DNA of 64,000 nt from Phoronis australis (lineage: Eukaryota > Animalia > Phoronida), in assembly GCA_002633005.1 (NCBI GenBank), contig NMRA01000996.1, positions 1-64,000 on the forward strand, read 5' to 3'. The notes under the pieces are model-generated. The model was not told where the DNA came from. It worked only from the letters and a program-made list of their open reading frames with translations, and made no database searches. This document shows, piece after piece, positions 52,850 through 64,000 of the stretch (its first letter is position 1; the number at the start of each line of letters is the position of its first letter). The position numbers were made by a program, and so were the translations under genes.

Positions 52850-54352
52850 CTAAAATGAAATGAACAACAGTTAATTACTTACATCAGAGTCTTCAATTTT
52901 AAATAACAGTGTGGGTTTAAAATTAAAACAGTGCCGTAATTCTGACGCCACGAGCCCTGTTTCCAAATGTGGAGAGGGTATCGCGCGAAGACTTAAACAT
53001 TTCTTCACAGTCTGTGGGAAGTGGGGTTGCCAGGATGCACGTGCCTTCCAATAATTTGCAGGCGTCAGCTTGGGTTAAAACCGACCGACATAGAGCCTGA
53101 GACAAGGAAAAGTCATTGGGCCAGAGACAGGGGAGAGTCAAGAAAGGGAGAAGTGAAATATGCAGAGAGACATTTTAAGAAAACATTTGTCAGCCTGAGG
53201 TCATAACCAGGTCATATTTGCAGCAAAGATTATCTAAGAGGAATTGAAAGTGTGTTCTTAACCATACGCATGCTGTTTCAAAATACCAGGAATGAAACCT
53301 GTTATGTATAGAATTTCCAGAGCAGGTTGATTAATAGTTCAACAACACTGTTTTAAAGCAAATCTAGAGACCCCTATCGGACAGCAAGGGATAATCACCA
53401 GACGCTCCCTGCTCTGTTTCATTGAGGTTGTACTTGTATGTTCCTTCATACAAACTGGGAACCTGACGGAAAGATGTCATGATAATAGCATCAACAGCTG
53501 GTCATTTCCTGTTTTTAAAATCATATATCGTTTCATATTTAGGGGCCACGAGGGGGGGGGGGCGTCGTTGGCCACATTATTCGTTTTTAAATTATAACAT
53601 TTCAATTGACACAGTCGTTTATGCCAAAAAGATCACTTTATGGAGGGTCACCCAATGACTGCATTTTTTAAATGTCACTCTGTTCCAGTTTTTTAAAAAC
53701 ATAAATGTATCATTTCATATTCAAGAGCCTCCTTCAAACGTGGTCCGCTCTTGGAGGGGCGCTTCTGTGCATATGGCTACCCCCACCCCCTTTTAATCCG
53801 GCACTGTCTACTATTCACGAGGGAAGCAAATGTAGATAAAATTGCAGTTGGTTGAAAAGATACAGATCATTTTTGTGTGAAGTACGTAAACATCAAGTTA
53901 TGTTGCCCAATGGACAAAAATGTGCCGAAGACTATTGAAATAAACAAGTATCGACCACCACCGAAAAGATGTATTTGAATATCATCATTATTTATCATAC
54001 CACTGAACAGTGATTTTTGTAGCATAATTTCGAAATTGCCCTCAACCATTGGAAGTGAAAAATGTGAAAATAGGGAGTGTACTGTAATTTAGAACAACGG
54101 AGGAAGAACTTTTTGGAAACTGAATTAGTTTGACTGTGCACTTTTTCTTCTGCAGAATTAGTTACTGTATACAAAAAGGCCCACAACTAGACAAATGAAA
54201 GCTTAACTTCATTGATACAAATCCAAAGTTAAAACGAACAATCCCCGTGGCCTTTCAGACTTTTTCAATGTCTTTAGTAGACCTCAGAGAATCATGACAA
54301 TTAATGTTCAAGTGTTTTCACTCCAGTTCTGCAAACAGTTGCTAATGGTTAC

Positions 54353-54512
54353 CTGGCAAGTTCTTTTGTGATGTTAAAGTCATCCATCAACCTTTGTATC
54401 ACGTGGTTTCCGGGATACATGGAAGTAGATAGACGATGTTCGTATTGCATTTCATGACAAGGAACGAAACAGTTGCAATCGTTTTCAATTGAAGCGTTTC
54501 GGGTGTACTCTT
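54353..54512 (-). CDS. DEG/ENaC exon 6
   Basis: gttttcag|; EEY...DCNCFVPCHEMQYEHRLSTSMYP...ELAR; donor gtaacc. Confidence 0.93.
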
Positions 54513-54620
54513 CTGAAAACAAGTTGGTTTGTTTTATGAGTTCGCCGTGCAATGATGTATGTTATTTTTTTCAAAACATGCAAAATTCTCAAACATAAAA
54601 TTGCATTTGACAACCACGAT

Positions 54621-54786
54621 CAGTGCTGTAGTGGTAGAATTAGAGGTAAGTAGGCGCCCAAATCCAACTGTATCACTTTGAGCACTGAACGTAACTTACG
54701 GTGTGTAGGTGCTACGTTCAAATGCTAAAAGATGATTGGCTGCGCCTACGTGCGCCTACGTGCGCCTACGCCCTACTTCAGCACTG
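54621..54786. mobile_element. hAT-type MITE, 166 bp, with 8-bp TSD
   Basis: TIRs CAGTGCTGTAGT / ACTTCAGCACTG; TSD ACCACGAT at 54613-54620 and 54787-54794; subterminal (TGCGCCTACG)x3. Confidence 0.9.
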
Positions 54787-56762
54787 ACCACGATTTAAAC
54801 CAGTATTTTCTTTACGAAATTTAGTATGGTTCTCTCTACCATCATATATAGCATAAATTCAAAATTTCAATGAAAACAGGTTTAGCAAAACAAGGGGAGA
54901 TATTTTGGAATTTCAAAGTAAAATTTGCCATGTCGTCAGTACAGGATTCTAAAGTAACGGCAACTGAACATGTATCTCTAAAGTAACCAGGGATATGCAT
55001 CCGAGTGTCTGCTTGATATCTCAAACAATCCTGGCCAAATGTTGATGAAATGTGGAAAAAGTGTGTAGGACACCAATAGAAAGAAGCATGCCACTTTTTT
55101 CATTTGCCCCTCCCTCCAAGAACAGAGGAACAGGGAGTTTCAGCATTATTTTAGGGTGGAGGGTTTCCGTATGATATCTAGAGAAATCATGTACGACTTC
55201 CAGTGAAACTTGACACATAGTTTTGGGATTACATGTGCCTGCACCAGTCGATTACTCAGCGGATTCGAAATCTGCAACATCCCCGAATTGTCATTTTTAG
55301 TTTCAACGACAGACTTTATCAGCGCCTTTTGGGAGGAAGAGTGCCTCCGGGAGAATCAATAACCGGATTTCAATGGAATCTAGCACAGAGGTATGCGGCG
55401 GCAGTGCACCGGCAACATTAGATTTTCGGGCAATTTCGTCCACCGCAGCGCCTCCTGGTGGCCATTTTGTTTGGTTCGTCTGATGTTCATCTGTCTGCTC
55501 ATTATTTAATAAAGTCATAGCTGGATCAAGATGAAATAGGGCGCAATGGTGAAGGGCATCGTTAGGGAGGTGCGTGCCACTTTTCACTTTTTCTCGTTGC
55601 CGGGGTCAGGATTCGAGGCTCTTCAGTACTTTTGTTTTAGGTAGTTTCAGCATGATACGTAAAAACTGATGAAACTTGACAAAAAGGTATGTGAAAAGGC
55701 GCCAACACCAATCGATGATGAACGCCACAAGATTTAATCAGATTCCAACAAGTGCACTTCCCGCTATCCCATCTCTGTTTCTGCCAAACCTCATGATTGT
55801 TCTTTATTACAATAAGTATACTAGACCACTTAATTTTGAGTACCTTTGTAGCATGCTTTGTTTCTTGGTCGCAAATTTTTATTTATAAACTTTTTATTCG
55901 ATGATAAATTTAAAGAACATGGTACCAACATTTTTGTCAACTACCCTTGTGTTCAAATTGTCTATTTTTACCTTGCATGAGACCAACCCTAGAAACATGA
56001 CATATGCAGAGCATAAAGCAACGTTTCGCGATGCAATAATTACTAAACGTGTTACAACAAATGGCTCGAAGAATAGCTCACGATTATGCATGCATGCGGT
56101 GGAAGACTGCGCGGTGCCAGCAAAGGATATTCATGACATTGTCCAGCATGCAGTTGTCTGCTGGAGTTTGGGCTAGTGTTTGTCGTCTCACTGACTATTA
56201 TTTAAAGCAGATCAGTATGCTCCACACGGTGTGGATGAAAGATTGTAAGATGGCAGTTGGCGATGTACACTAGCCGACTTCGATCTCTTGGCAGAGGAGA
56301 ATTGTGTTTGGATATGACTGAGCGGGTATGCTTTCGTGATAGGTCTGAAGACTGGTGTTGAAAAAGAAGGAACTGTATAAGATGAACAAATGTTTGTCTT
56401 GTCCGATAAGCAAGTGCCTGTGATGTTGAAAACCCAGTGAAGAAGTCTTCAGATTTGAGAGAGCTGATCTCCAACTAAAAGACATCTGTTTTGCAGCCAA
56501 TGAAATGCGTAGAAACATTGCACAACTAGTCTTGTGCAAAAATGTTGCCACCTGAGGTAATCTTCCATCAAGAACTATATACCATGTTATGGTGTTTTAT
56601 TGGCTGTAAATTGATATATGAAAACAAATACGACATTTGGTATAGAAGGTAGGCATCTACATTAATGATTACAATAAAATGATTCATCCGGGCCAGTACT
56701 TCCGAGATTTTCAGAAGTTATTATGTAGCCCAATGACATTTTGTACACCTCACGCAACTCAC

Positions 56763-56816
56763 CGTCAGCATTTCGATAACATCCAAGCTCTGGTGCATTA
56801 CAGGTGCGTGCCGGAC
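56763..56816 (-). CDS. DEG/ENaC exon 5 (54-nt thumb micro-exon)
   Basis: attgacag|; GPARTCNAPELGCYRNAD supplies two otherwise missing thumb Cys; donor gtgagt; phase 1-1. Confidence 0.88.
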
Positions 56817-57639
56817 CTGTCAATTAATAGAAACTTATAATGAAAAGCGATACAGCATTGGGGAATTTTTTCTGAAGACGGCGTGGTGATTTGGTCTTCA
56901 AAGTTTCACTCGGGCTAGAAGGTGGGAAACGATATAAGCTTTGCTCCAACGTGGGACAAAGGCACATCTAATTTCGCCGCTAAGATCGATAGGAACGCGA
57001 GACGTTGGGATCGCCATCTCCCGGTGCATTTTACTATAATTGTTTATCGTTTTGCCAATTACGGGGTCGATATGTAAACGTCAGTCTCCGAAAGGTGGCG
57101 CAACTACTAAATAATGGCATTAGATATCTTAATCACGCATATGTTCAAACTACTCATGTTCGTCTGAGTACTAACTCATGATAAATGATTGAATAAGTGG
57201 TGCTTTTATCTACGTCGGCCGGTGTATCGGGCATACCAATGGCGTAAAGTAACGGGTCCGATGTCCGACGATGGAGCCTCAGTTTATGCCGTTTCCACCT
57301 ATGTTCAAGTTATTTTGAAACCTTAAACTTACTTTACGTTGGATAGCTAGTAAGATTTTTGGTGACTTAGACAAATGCGTTACTAGTATGGAAACAACGA
57401 TGCTTCCCGATTTCCGGTATATTTTCTTGCTTGCAAATGCTTTGTCGTTCACCTGATTTCCTAGGTTAAATAATATTCACTTGGATAAACTTTCGACTTG
57501 GTACAGCGATACGTAGTGCTTTACCGTGAATGTCCATTGCATTATATCAATGAACAAGAAATTTTAGTAGTCATAAAACGATGATTTTTACTGCTTCCTA
57601 TGCTTTTGTACGCGAACTGAATGCCATGACAACACTTAC

Positions 57640-57817
57640 CTGGATCGTACATGTAGATGTATTTGCACCCGCATTTCTGTTTAGTGTAGTTAGCGCGACA
57701 CTCTCTACGACACCCCGTCAAACTGTAGGGTTTGTAGTTTTCCAAATGGTTCACAAAATCTTCTTTGGTAGTGTTCTTGCATTTCCCACCCTCATATGGC
57801 AACGGGAGAGACTTTAT
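57640..57817 (-). CDS. DEG/ENaC exon 4 (thumb, Cys-rich)
   Basis: ttgcag|; IKSLPLPYEGGKC...YSLTGCRRECRANYTKQKCGCKYIYMYDP; donor gtaagt. Confidence 0.95.
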
Positions 57818-57996
57818 CTGCAATTGATGTAGGGATCGCAAAGGCATGTTTTTATGTATTTTAGGTATTGAGGTCTTACTTTCGAATTAACCCACGGGGA
57901 ATGCAAGGCACATTCGGTTTCAGGGCCGAAACTTGCAATGTAGGGATACGATAGATTCTTGAGGTTATTAACATAGAACAAACCAATGTAACACGA

Positions 57997-58411
57997 ACAC
58001 CTGGGCTCGGTCTCCAATCTTTTTACTCGAAATGGAACTCAAAATTAGTTTTGGCATTTTCTATTCTACTTTTGGGCGAACTCAAGAGAAGTGTCTATTA
58101 TTCTATGCTCGAGTACACAATAACTTACGTAGATAATTTATTGCCCTTAGTTCACAGTTTGTAAACCCAATATTAAAGCAATAATTTCGAGTTTGAACTC
58201 GAAATTTCGAGTTTTTACTCGAGTTTATAGCACGAACATAAGGGTCTTCAAGGGCAAACTTGAACTAGAAACTCCTATGCATACACTGTAATGTATTCGA
58301 GCACAGTCTGATAACCAAGTATCTTAAGTTCGCACAAAAGGAGCAGAGAAATTGCCAAAAATAGTTTCGAGTTCGCTTCGAGTACAAAGATTAGAGACCG
58401 GGCCGTGGTGT
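57997..58411. mobile_element. ~415 bp foldback MITE (channel intron 3)
   Basis: Long imperfect TIRs GGCTCGGTCTCCAATCTTTTTACTCGAA / TTCGAGTACAAAGATTAGAGACCGGGCC; many CTCGA/TCGAG subrepeats. Confidence 0.75.
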
Positions 58412-58666
58412 ACCCGGAAGGTGAGGTAGGGATTACCGATGCCTCCCTGGTTGTACTAGTCCTACAGTAATACCACGGTGGGTAATTTGTTTGCAGAAAG
58501 TATCCAATGAACTCCGGTACATTTTCGTGATTTCATTAGAAGTATCAAATTCCTCAAGTACATTGAGGCATCCAGCCACTATATCTGCACTGAATCGAAG
58601 CCTGTGACCTCGTGTGCTCTTTGAAATGAACAGCGGTTGTCGAGTAGTCCAAGTAGAACTGCAGTC

Positions 58667-58833
58667 CAGGCGTGCGTTCAGTTGACGCTAGGTCCTACGG
58701 TAGGACCTAGCGAAAACCTAGTCAAAGTCACGTGTTCTCATTTACATGTAAAATGCGCAGCAATATCTCACGTAATCTCGTGAAGTCTTGCTCTTTAGCG
58801 AGGTCCTTGCGTTACTGAACGGGAGGCAGGTTA
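58667..58833. mobile_element. ~150 bp MITE-like repeat, copy 2 (channel intron 3)
   Basis: Shares aagtcacgtgttctcat...aatatctcacgtaatctcg...gttactgaacgggagg with 188-340. Confidence 0.7.
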
Positions 58834-59080
58834 ACGTGGGCTCGTTTGTCATCCAAGCACTTTATATCCCTAGTATCAGTGAGTTTGTGTCGGTAGAGCA
58901 ACCTTCGAATTGACCAACAAGTCAACTCGAATACCGATATCTACATGTAGACGTACGTCATTATGAAGATTTGTACGTGCCACGTACAAATCTTCATAAT
59001 GACAACAAACAACTTGCCTCGTACGCTAAATCAAACTCAGCAGTAAACAAGCGCCATTATTACACTTTACTTAACTGTAC

Positions 59081-59179
59081 CTCTTTGATCTGCACTGAGA
59101 CAAAAGTTTCCTGTCCGGGACTTATGGCAAACCCAAGTTCATTAACGAGTGGTTCTTCGTCGTGGTTGTGCAGAGCAAC
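59081..59179 (-). CDS. DEG/ENaC exon 3
   Basis: cttatag|; VALHNHDEEPLVNELGFAISPGQETFVSVQIKE (matches ASIC-type H-x-x-x-E-P...LGF-x-x-x-PG-x-x-T-x-V); donor gtacag. Confidence 0.92.
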
Positions 59180-59427
59180 CTATAAGTAATCAACATCAAA
59201 CAATGTTAACTGGGACAACGCCAGTTCAAGCTGTGTGAAATGGACGGTTTCTCTTTCATCTTTACTACCTTAAATCGATGCAAAATTTAATCTTAAACCT
59301 TCAATTTCACTATCACCACTTATCAGTAAGGCGTTAAAGCAAAAGCAGCAGATAAATGTATGTTGCCCGTCTTGGTGCATAATAAGACGTTCATGAAAGA
59401 CACCGTATAAATATTTCTTACACTCAC

Positions 59428-59980
59428 TTTATAACCGGCTGAGTTAGAATCTCCATAAATATACAGATTGTGTTCCACGTTCATTTCCAGCCACAAACCA
59501 TTGTTAGTTCCACTGCGTGACGTATTCCATGTCCCATTGGAATTGAACTGAAAACACAACCCGAAATCCGTGACGACGCGTTTGAATTCTTTCTCAATGT
59601 CTAGATTCACACCTTTGAACCTAGCAACGTAAATCGAATCGCGAATCTGATGACCAGCTATTTTGGCAAACTCCAAATATTGTGAGCCGTTTACAAGAGG
59701 TGCATATAGAGGGTCCGTCCAGTCAAATTGCTGCTCGCGGTCTTCTTCTGTTACGGGGTAGACGTAACGGAGTATATCTATCAACCCTGGTTGTGCAAGT
59801 ACATAGGGACTGCGGAATTTGTTGAAGTTGCAAAAGGTTACAGTCGGAAACTTGGCGGTCTGCGTGTACTCGACGTGCAGCTTTGTTTGCACGGGGTTCC
59901 TCATGAGAGTTTGGTATGCGTTATTCACGTTAATCACCAGCCACGTGAAACTGCCCACGAACATCAAGAACCATACGATT
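59428..59980 (-). CDS. DEG/ENaC exon 2 (TM1, palm, finger, beta-ball)
   Basis: gttgcag|; RIVWFLMF...FPTVTFCNFNKFR...FGLCFQFN...GTNNGLWLEMNVE...AGYK; donor gtgagt. Confidence 0.95.
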
Positions 59981-61551
59981 CTGCAACAGATTATATAGGT
60001 AATCCTACAATGTCCTTACGATCTCATTTGTAGGCTACAACAGAATTTAAGGTACAGAAACGCTGCTTACACTCGGCAGACTGTATACAGCAACTGGTAT
60101 GCAATAATCACAAATAGGGTCTGAAACAATGTTCCCTCACCGCATTTATAAACTTGTGCAAACACTGATTGAACTATCTAGGGGTGTTGTATTTTGGATA
60201 CTAAGTCCACAATATTTTTGATACTCACCAAGAGTCAACTACAATATCTTTGATTTGTCACCGAGAGCAAACTCTATCCTAAATTCTCAATAATGATGAA
60301 AAGAAGTAGCGACATTGTTATGCTACTTTCCTTAATTTAAGACCAAGTTGCAACTATTTTTTGTGACAAAGGCGCAGTTATCAGTCATATTATTATAAAC
60401 GAAAATACATGTAAGTAAAATAAGGTTTCATTATGAAGATACAAGGAAACCACATTCGTGAGTTAAACAAAGACACAATTTCACAAAATTATTTAGGGAA
60501 CTACATGTAAGTGGAGTCCCAATTTACGAGGTGCTTGATCTCGAAGAGATGCAAGATCTCTGGAGCTATGTCTCCTTTCTGACGTTTCACGTCAACATCG
60601 TGAACTAGCCAGTAATTTGGTTGCCATAGCACACCATTTCGCCGAAAGTTTGAACCATGCCATCCTCCTATAGGGGTACCCTTAGAGGAGACTACAGTTA
60701 GTGATGGGAATCTTGTGGGGATAAATGTGCTGCTTCAAAGCTTTAGGTCACTGTGTCACATTGATTTCAGGAAGTGATTCGCTCTGGGTTTTGTGTGCCT
60801 GAACTTCTTACATTTTTAAGTGTGGTACTTTTTAATCAAAATCTTGATGACTGAAATATTAGATACGTATAACTTAAACTATAAACAATTGTGTTTTAGT
60901 GGTCAAAGTAAAAATCGACCTACGTTTGCCAGTTACGATTGTTTACCTTTGTTGAAAGAGATATTAGAGTTTTTAAGGCCGAAAAACGGGGATTATTTTG
61001 GAAGAGATAGACTTTAGCTTTGACCAAAAGTGTAAAACAACAAAATTCTCGCCGTGGTCTGCCGGGAATTCTGACACCTAAAATAGTTTCCCTCGCTTAC
61101 CTAAGCGCACGTTATAGGGTGCTGTGCAGACATTTTGACATTGAATGTTCCACCCCCCGGTACCTGTAAACTGTACCTAACTGAGAAGAACGACACCATG
61201 CACAACTGGCTAACATAACGATTAAGTCGTTTATCACGAAAGCAAGAAATTTCTCTTGCAATGTATGATCAAGATGACAGTCTTTTTCACTTTGAAACCT
61301 TAAGCATTAAACTTAAGAGAGCGAATGGTCAAAAAAGAAGTTGCAACTGCAACCTGGGGCTATAGTCCGAGTTGCAGCATGACACGTTCTTTCCTTGTCT
61401 ATATTCTCCTTGCAGTTATTAGAGAACACATACATGTACATGTACTGTGTTCATTATACGCTAAAGCTTCAGTATTTTGATTGCACTTTTGGTCCACAGC
61501 AACTTGCTGCCGGTGCAGACGAAACTTTTCAAGTCGAGTAGATTTACATAC

Positions 61552-61769
61552 CTTCGTCCCGGATTGTGCTTCGCTCCACCGAAATACTGTACGCCGTGGC
61601 AGGAAGTCTCCTCAGCGTACTTTGTTACCCCTTCTTTGACAATTGATAAGACGGTGCCTGACTCAGGCGCCCCTTCATCTTTGTTGTCGCTCTCTTTTTG
61701 ACCGTAGGGCGCAATTGGCGTCACTTTGGTGGCCCAGATATCATTGGAAGATTTGAATCCCTTCGGCAT
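61552..61769 (-). CDS. DEG/ENaC exon 1 (N-terminus with HG motif)
   Basis: ATG at 61769; acceptor ttattgcag| 8 nt upstream implies an earlier non-coding exon; ...YAEETSCHGVQYF...GRR; donor gtatgt. Confidence 0.9.
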
Positions 61770-62404
61770 TGTTAACCCTGCAATAATAAATGCTAGCCTT
61801 GGATGACAAATGTAAATCCTTATGAACCTACCAGCAATTTTGACAAAAAGTAATCCTGGACAAAAACAACTGATTTGTTTAAACCAATGGGGGCAAGCAT
61901 TTGATTTGGTTCCTTTCAAAAAGTTGAGGCTTGACCATGAAGAATGATCATATCCAAACTCAAAGGGCGTACAATCTCCACTCTTGTGTTTGACATGGTA
62001 ACATACTGTATGCACAGAACTGACATTTTTAGGCAAACACCTTGGTCGCATTATCTTGTATAGATACGTAAGTACTTTGAAAATGTGTTGATCATTAATC
62101 GTTTAATCTACTTACGGTATCAATCGCGGTGAATGCGATCAATTCAAAATCACGTTTTCGTGAAATGCGTGTATAAATGACCTATCGCGAGGAAAAGCGA
62201 AACCCGCGCGATTTTCCTAGTCATATAAATTTTTTCGCTCTAGCTGCGACCATGGATTAGTTTCCTGTTCAACAATGGGTGTATTTTTTGCATTTAAACC
62301 ACAGCCATTGCGTTCTTGCTTATTACGATGAAAGGGTACAGCCAGGAAATGCAAATAACATGTGTTATACCTGAAGCCAACGTTGACCACCCTTTTGTTT
62401 CCCC

Positions 62405-62603
62405 GGATGCAGTGTTTCCTAGTGGGGTAATTGTCCGTTTCCTTTACTCAAGGTCGAGGGCTCGAGTCCCACTAGGACACACTGTTAGACCCACGAGTCA
62501 TCTACGTTTTAACTATATATTCATAAAGCATAAGAATGGTTCCAGGCCATCAGTGCAATGGACCCACCTTAGAAGCCTGCGCACGTCTGGTACAAAGTGT
62601 ACC
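62405..62603 (+). mobile_element. tRNA-derived SINE, copy 2
   Basis: A-box-like ...CCTAGTGG, B-box-like GGCTCGAGTCC; shares ttccttta.tcaaggtcga and gcacgtctg.tacaa.gtgtacc with 26221-26433. Confidence 0.62.
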
Positions 62604-64000
62604 AGGCTTCTCCTGTCCAATTACCTACAGTAATCTGTTACATAGTTTTCCAAATTAAGATAGGGGAACCTACGACCGAAAAGCGTTTGGATACTGTTTG
62701 ACCATTAGCATTCTCAACACCGTTAAATAAAAATGTTCATCATTCGTAATACATGTACATGTAATTTGGATCCACCCACGTGAAGAATTTAAAAGAGAAA
62801 AGTGTGTAAGGATATTTAGATCCAAACTTAAAAAACCCACGAACCCTTGAAATTTACGCATACGATGTGTTTCAGCTTTCTTCGAACACATTTAATTTTT
62901 ATTCTTGTCATATTGGATAACCCAAACAATACTTCAGCAGCACAAAAACGATTTGAACACCCAGTACAGCCAGGTCACGTAATATGCGCTATATAATGCA
63001 TCCTGGTGAGAAAACAGGAAAAGCTAACAGTTGGTCGCAATGAATTCCGATTAGCAGGTACCCACAGTTAAAGTACATGTACACCTGTTTTTTTACTCAC
63101 AGGTACAATTAGCGACAAAGAAACGATTTACCAGAAACTCCTTGAAAACGCACAACCGCGAGGAAATTTGCTTACTACTTATCCGAGGTCATAGGTTACG
63201 GGTCTGTCACTCAAATCGAATCTCCCGCCAGGCACAGAACTGTTCTACATGTATATGTACCGAGTTGCCATAATCTTGAGTCAACGACGAGTACATATGA
63301 TAGAAAGATGTGGGAGAAAACGAAGACAAAACATAATTTGATCCTGTGGGAGTCGCGTGTCTGCATGCCTTCAACCTTGGAGAACGAACGCTACGAGTCG
63401 CCTCACGCTTCTGTGACTCTGTGTTCACAAACACAGCAAGTTGAGAAAACAGATTAATCCTCACCCAAACTGAATTCCTTAATTCGAGTAATTTGACATT
63501 TCAATGTCTGTTTCGATCTCATAATCACGACTTGCTTTAACCACCTACTCGATTTCTGTTCATTTCGTATTGGGGTTTCATATTAGTCTCCCAGCGCGTC
63601 GTGTGTCTAACAATAAAGTGTTGACCAACTTTGAAGTGGACCACAATGCATTAGCTTGACCCACTCAATATGTTGGCTAGCTAGACTCGATGCATTGAAA
63701 ATTGATATGGCAAATTGAACGTTTTTATGATAATTAACGTAATTACACATTACAAATTCAGATGTCATTGCGCCTGAATGTTGAAATAATGAACGTGGCT
63801 AACAAGTGTATGGGTTATATTGACAAACTTTCACCAAATATTTAACAGAAGACCTTGGGACTCCCACCTCTCACGACTTGACCGGCTATTTCTCGGCTTC
63901 GGCAAATTGACTTAACTTTAATTAGGAACTGACTCGGTGAATTTCTCTGAAACTTTCCGAACTGAATATTTATTCATCCAGTTTTAAAAACGCTGTTAGC

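Larger units (their letters stand above)
51111..61769 (-). other. DEG/ENaC (ASIC/BASIC-related) sodium channel gene span, 8 coding exons, 505 aa
   Basis: complement join(61552..61769,59428..59980,59081..59179,57640..57817,56763..56816,54353..54512,52758..52849,51111..51274); intron phases 2,0,0,1,1,2,1 are all consistent; HG motif, FPTVTFCN, 10-Cys thumb, GAS filter. Confidence 0.92.

Noticed and set aside
55894-56551. Cluster of overlapping short ORFs in channel intron 5
   Set aside because: No recognisable domain; probably a decayed repeat that I cannot classify by eye
63095-63200. Possible non-coding first exon of the channel (donor CCT|gtgagt at 63100 on -)
   Set aside because: An upstream exon is implied by the acceptor at 61778, but this donor has no independent support

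Overview
AT-rich, intron-rich animal genomic DNA, probably from a marine invertebrate (the taxon cannot be fixed from sequence alone). It comes from a draft assembly with N-gaps and probable uncollapsed haplotypes. Three spliced genes can be built by hand with frame-consistent GT-AG junctions: (1) a 7-exon TSPAN6/7-like tetraspanin on + (4761-27366, 261 aa); (2) a 2-exon uncharacterised coiled-coil/low-complexity protein on - (41260-34221, ~598 aa); (3) an 8-exon DEG/ENaC (ASIC/BASIC-related) channel on - (61769-51111, 505 aa), whose last exon plus ~3 kb of 3' flank is duplicated across an N-gap. Introns and intergenic DNA hold many small non-autonomous elements: MITEs with 5- and 8-bp TSDs, a tRNA-derived SINE, a Penelope-like fragment and a minisatellite. 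The most notable observations are: the spliced channel has Thr at the degenerin site (codon split by an intron, so invisible in the ORF track) and has lost a conserved disulfide pair; a miniature LTR element has a tRNA-like Pol III cassette in its LTR, a tRNA-Ser PBS and a PPT; and a minimal hammerhead-ribozyme-like motif sits at the 3' end of the Penelope fragment. All calls are by-eye; no searches were run.
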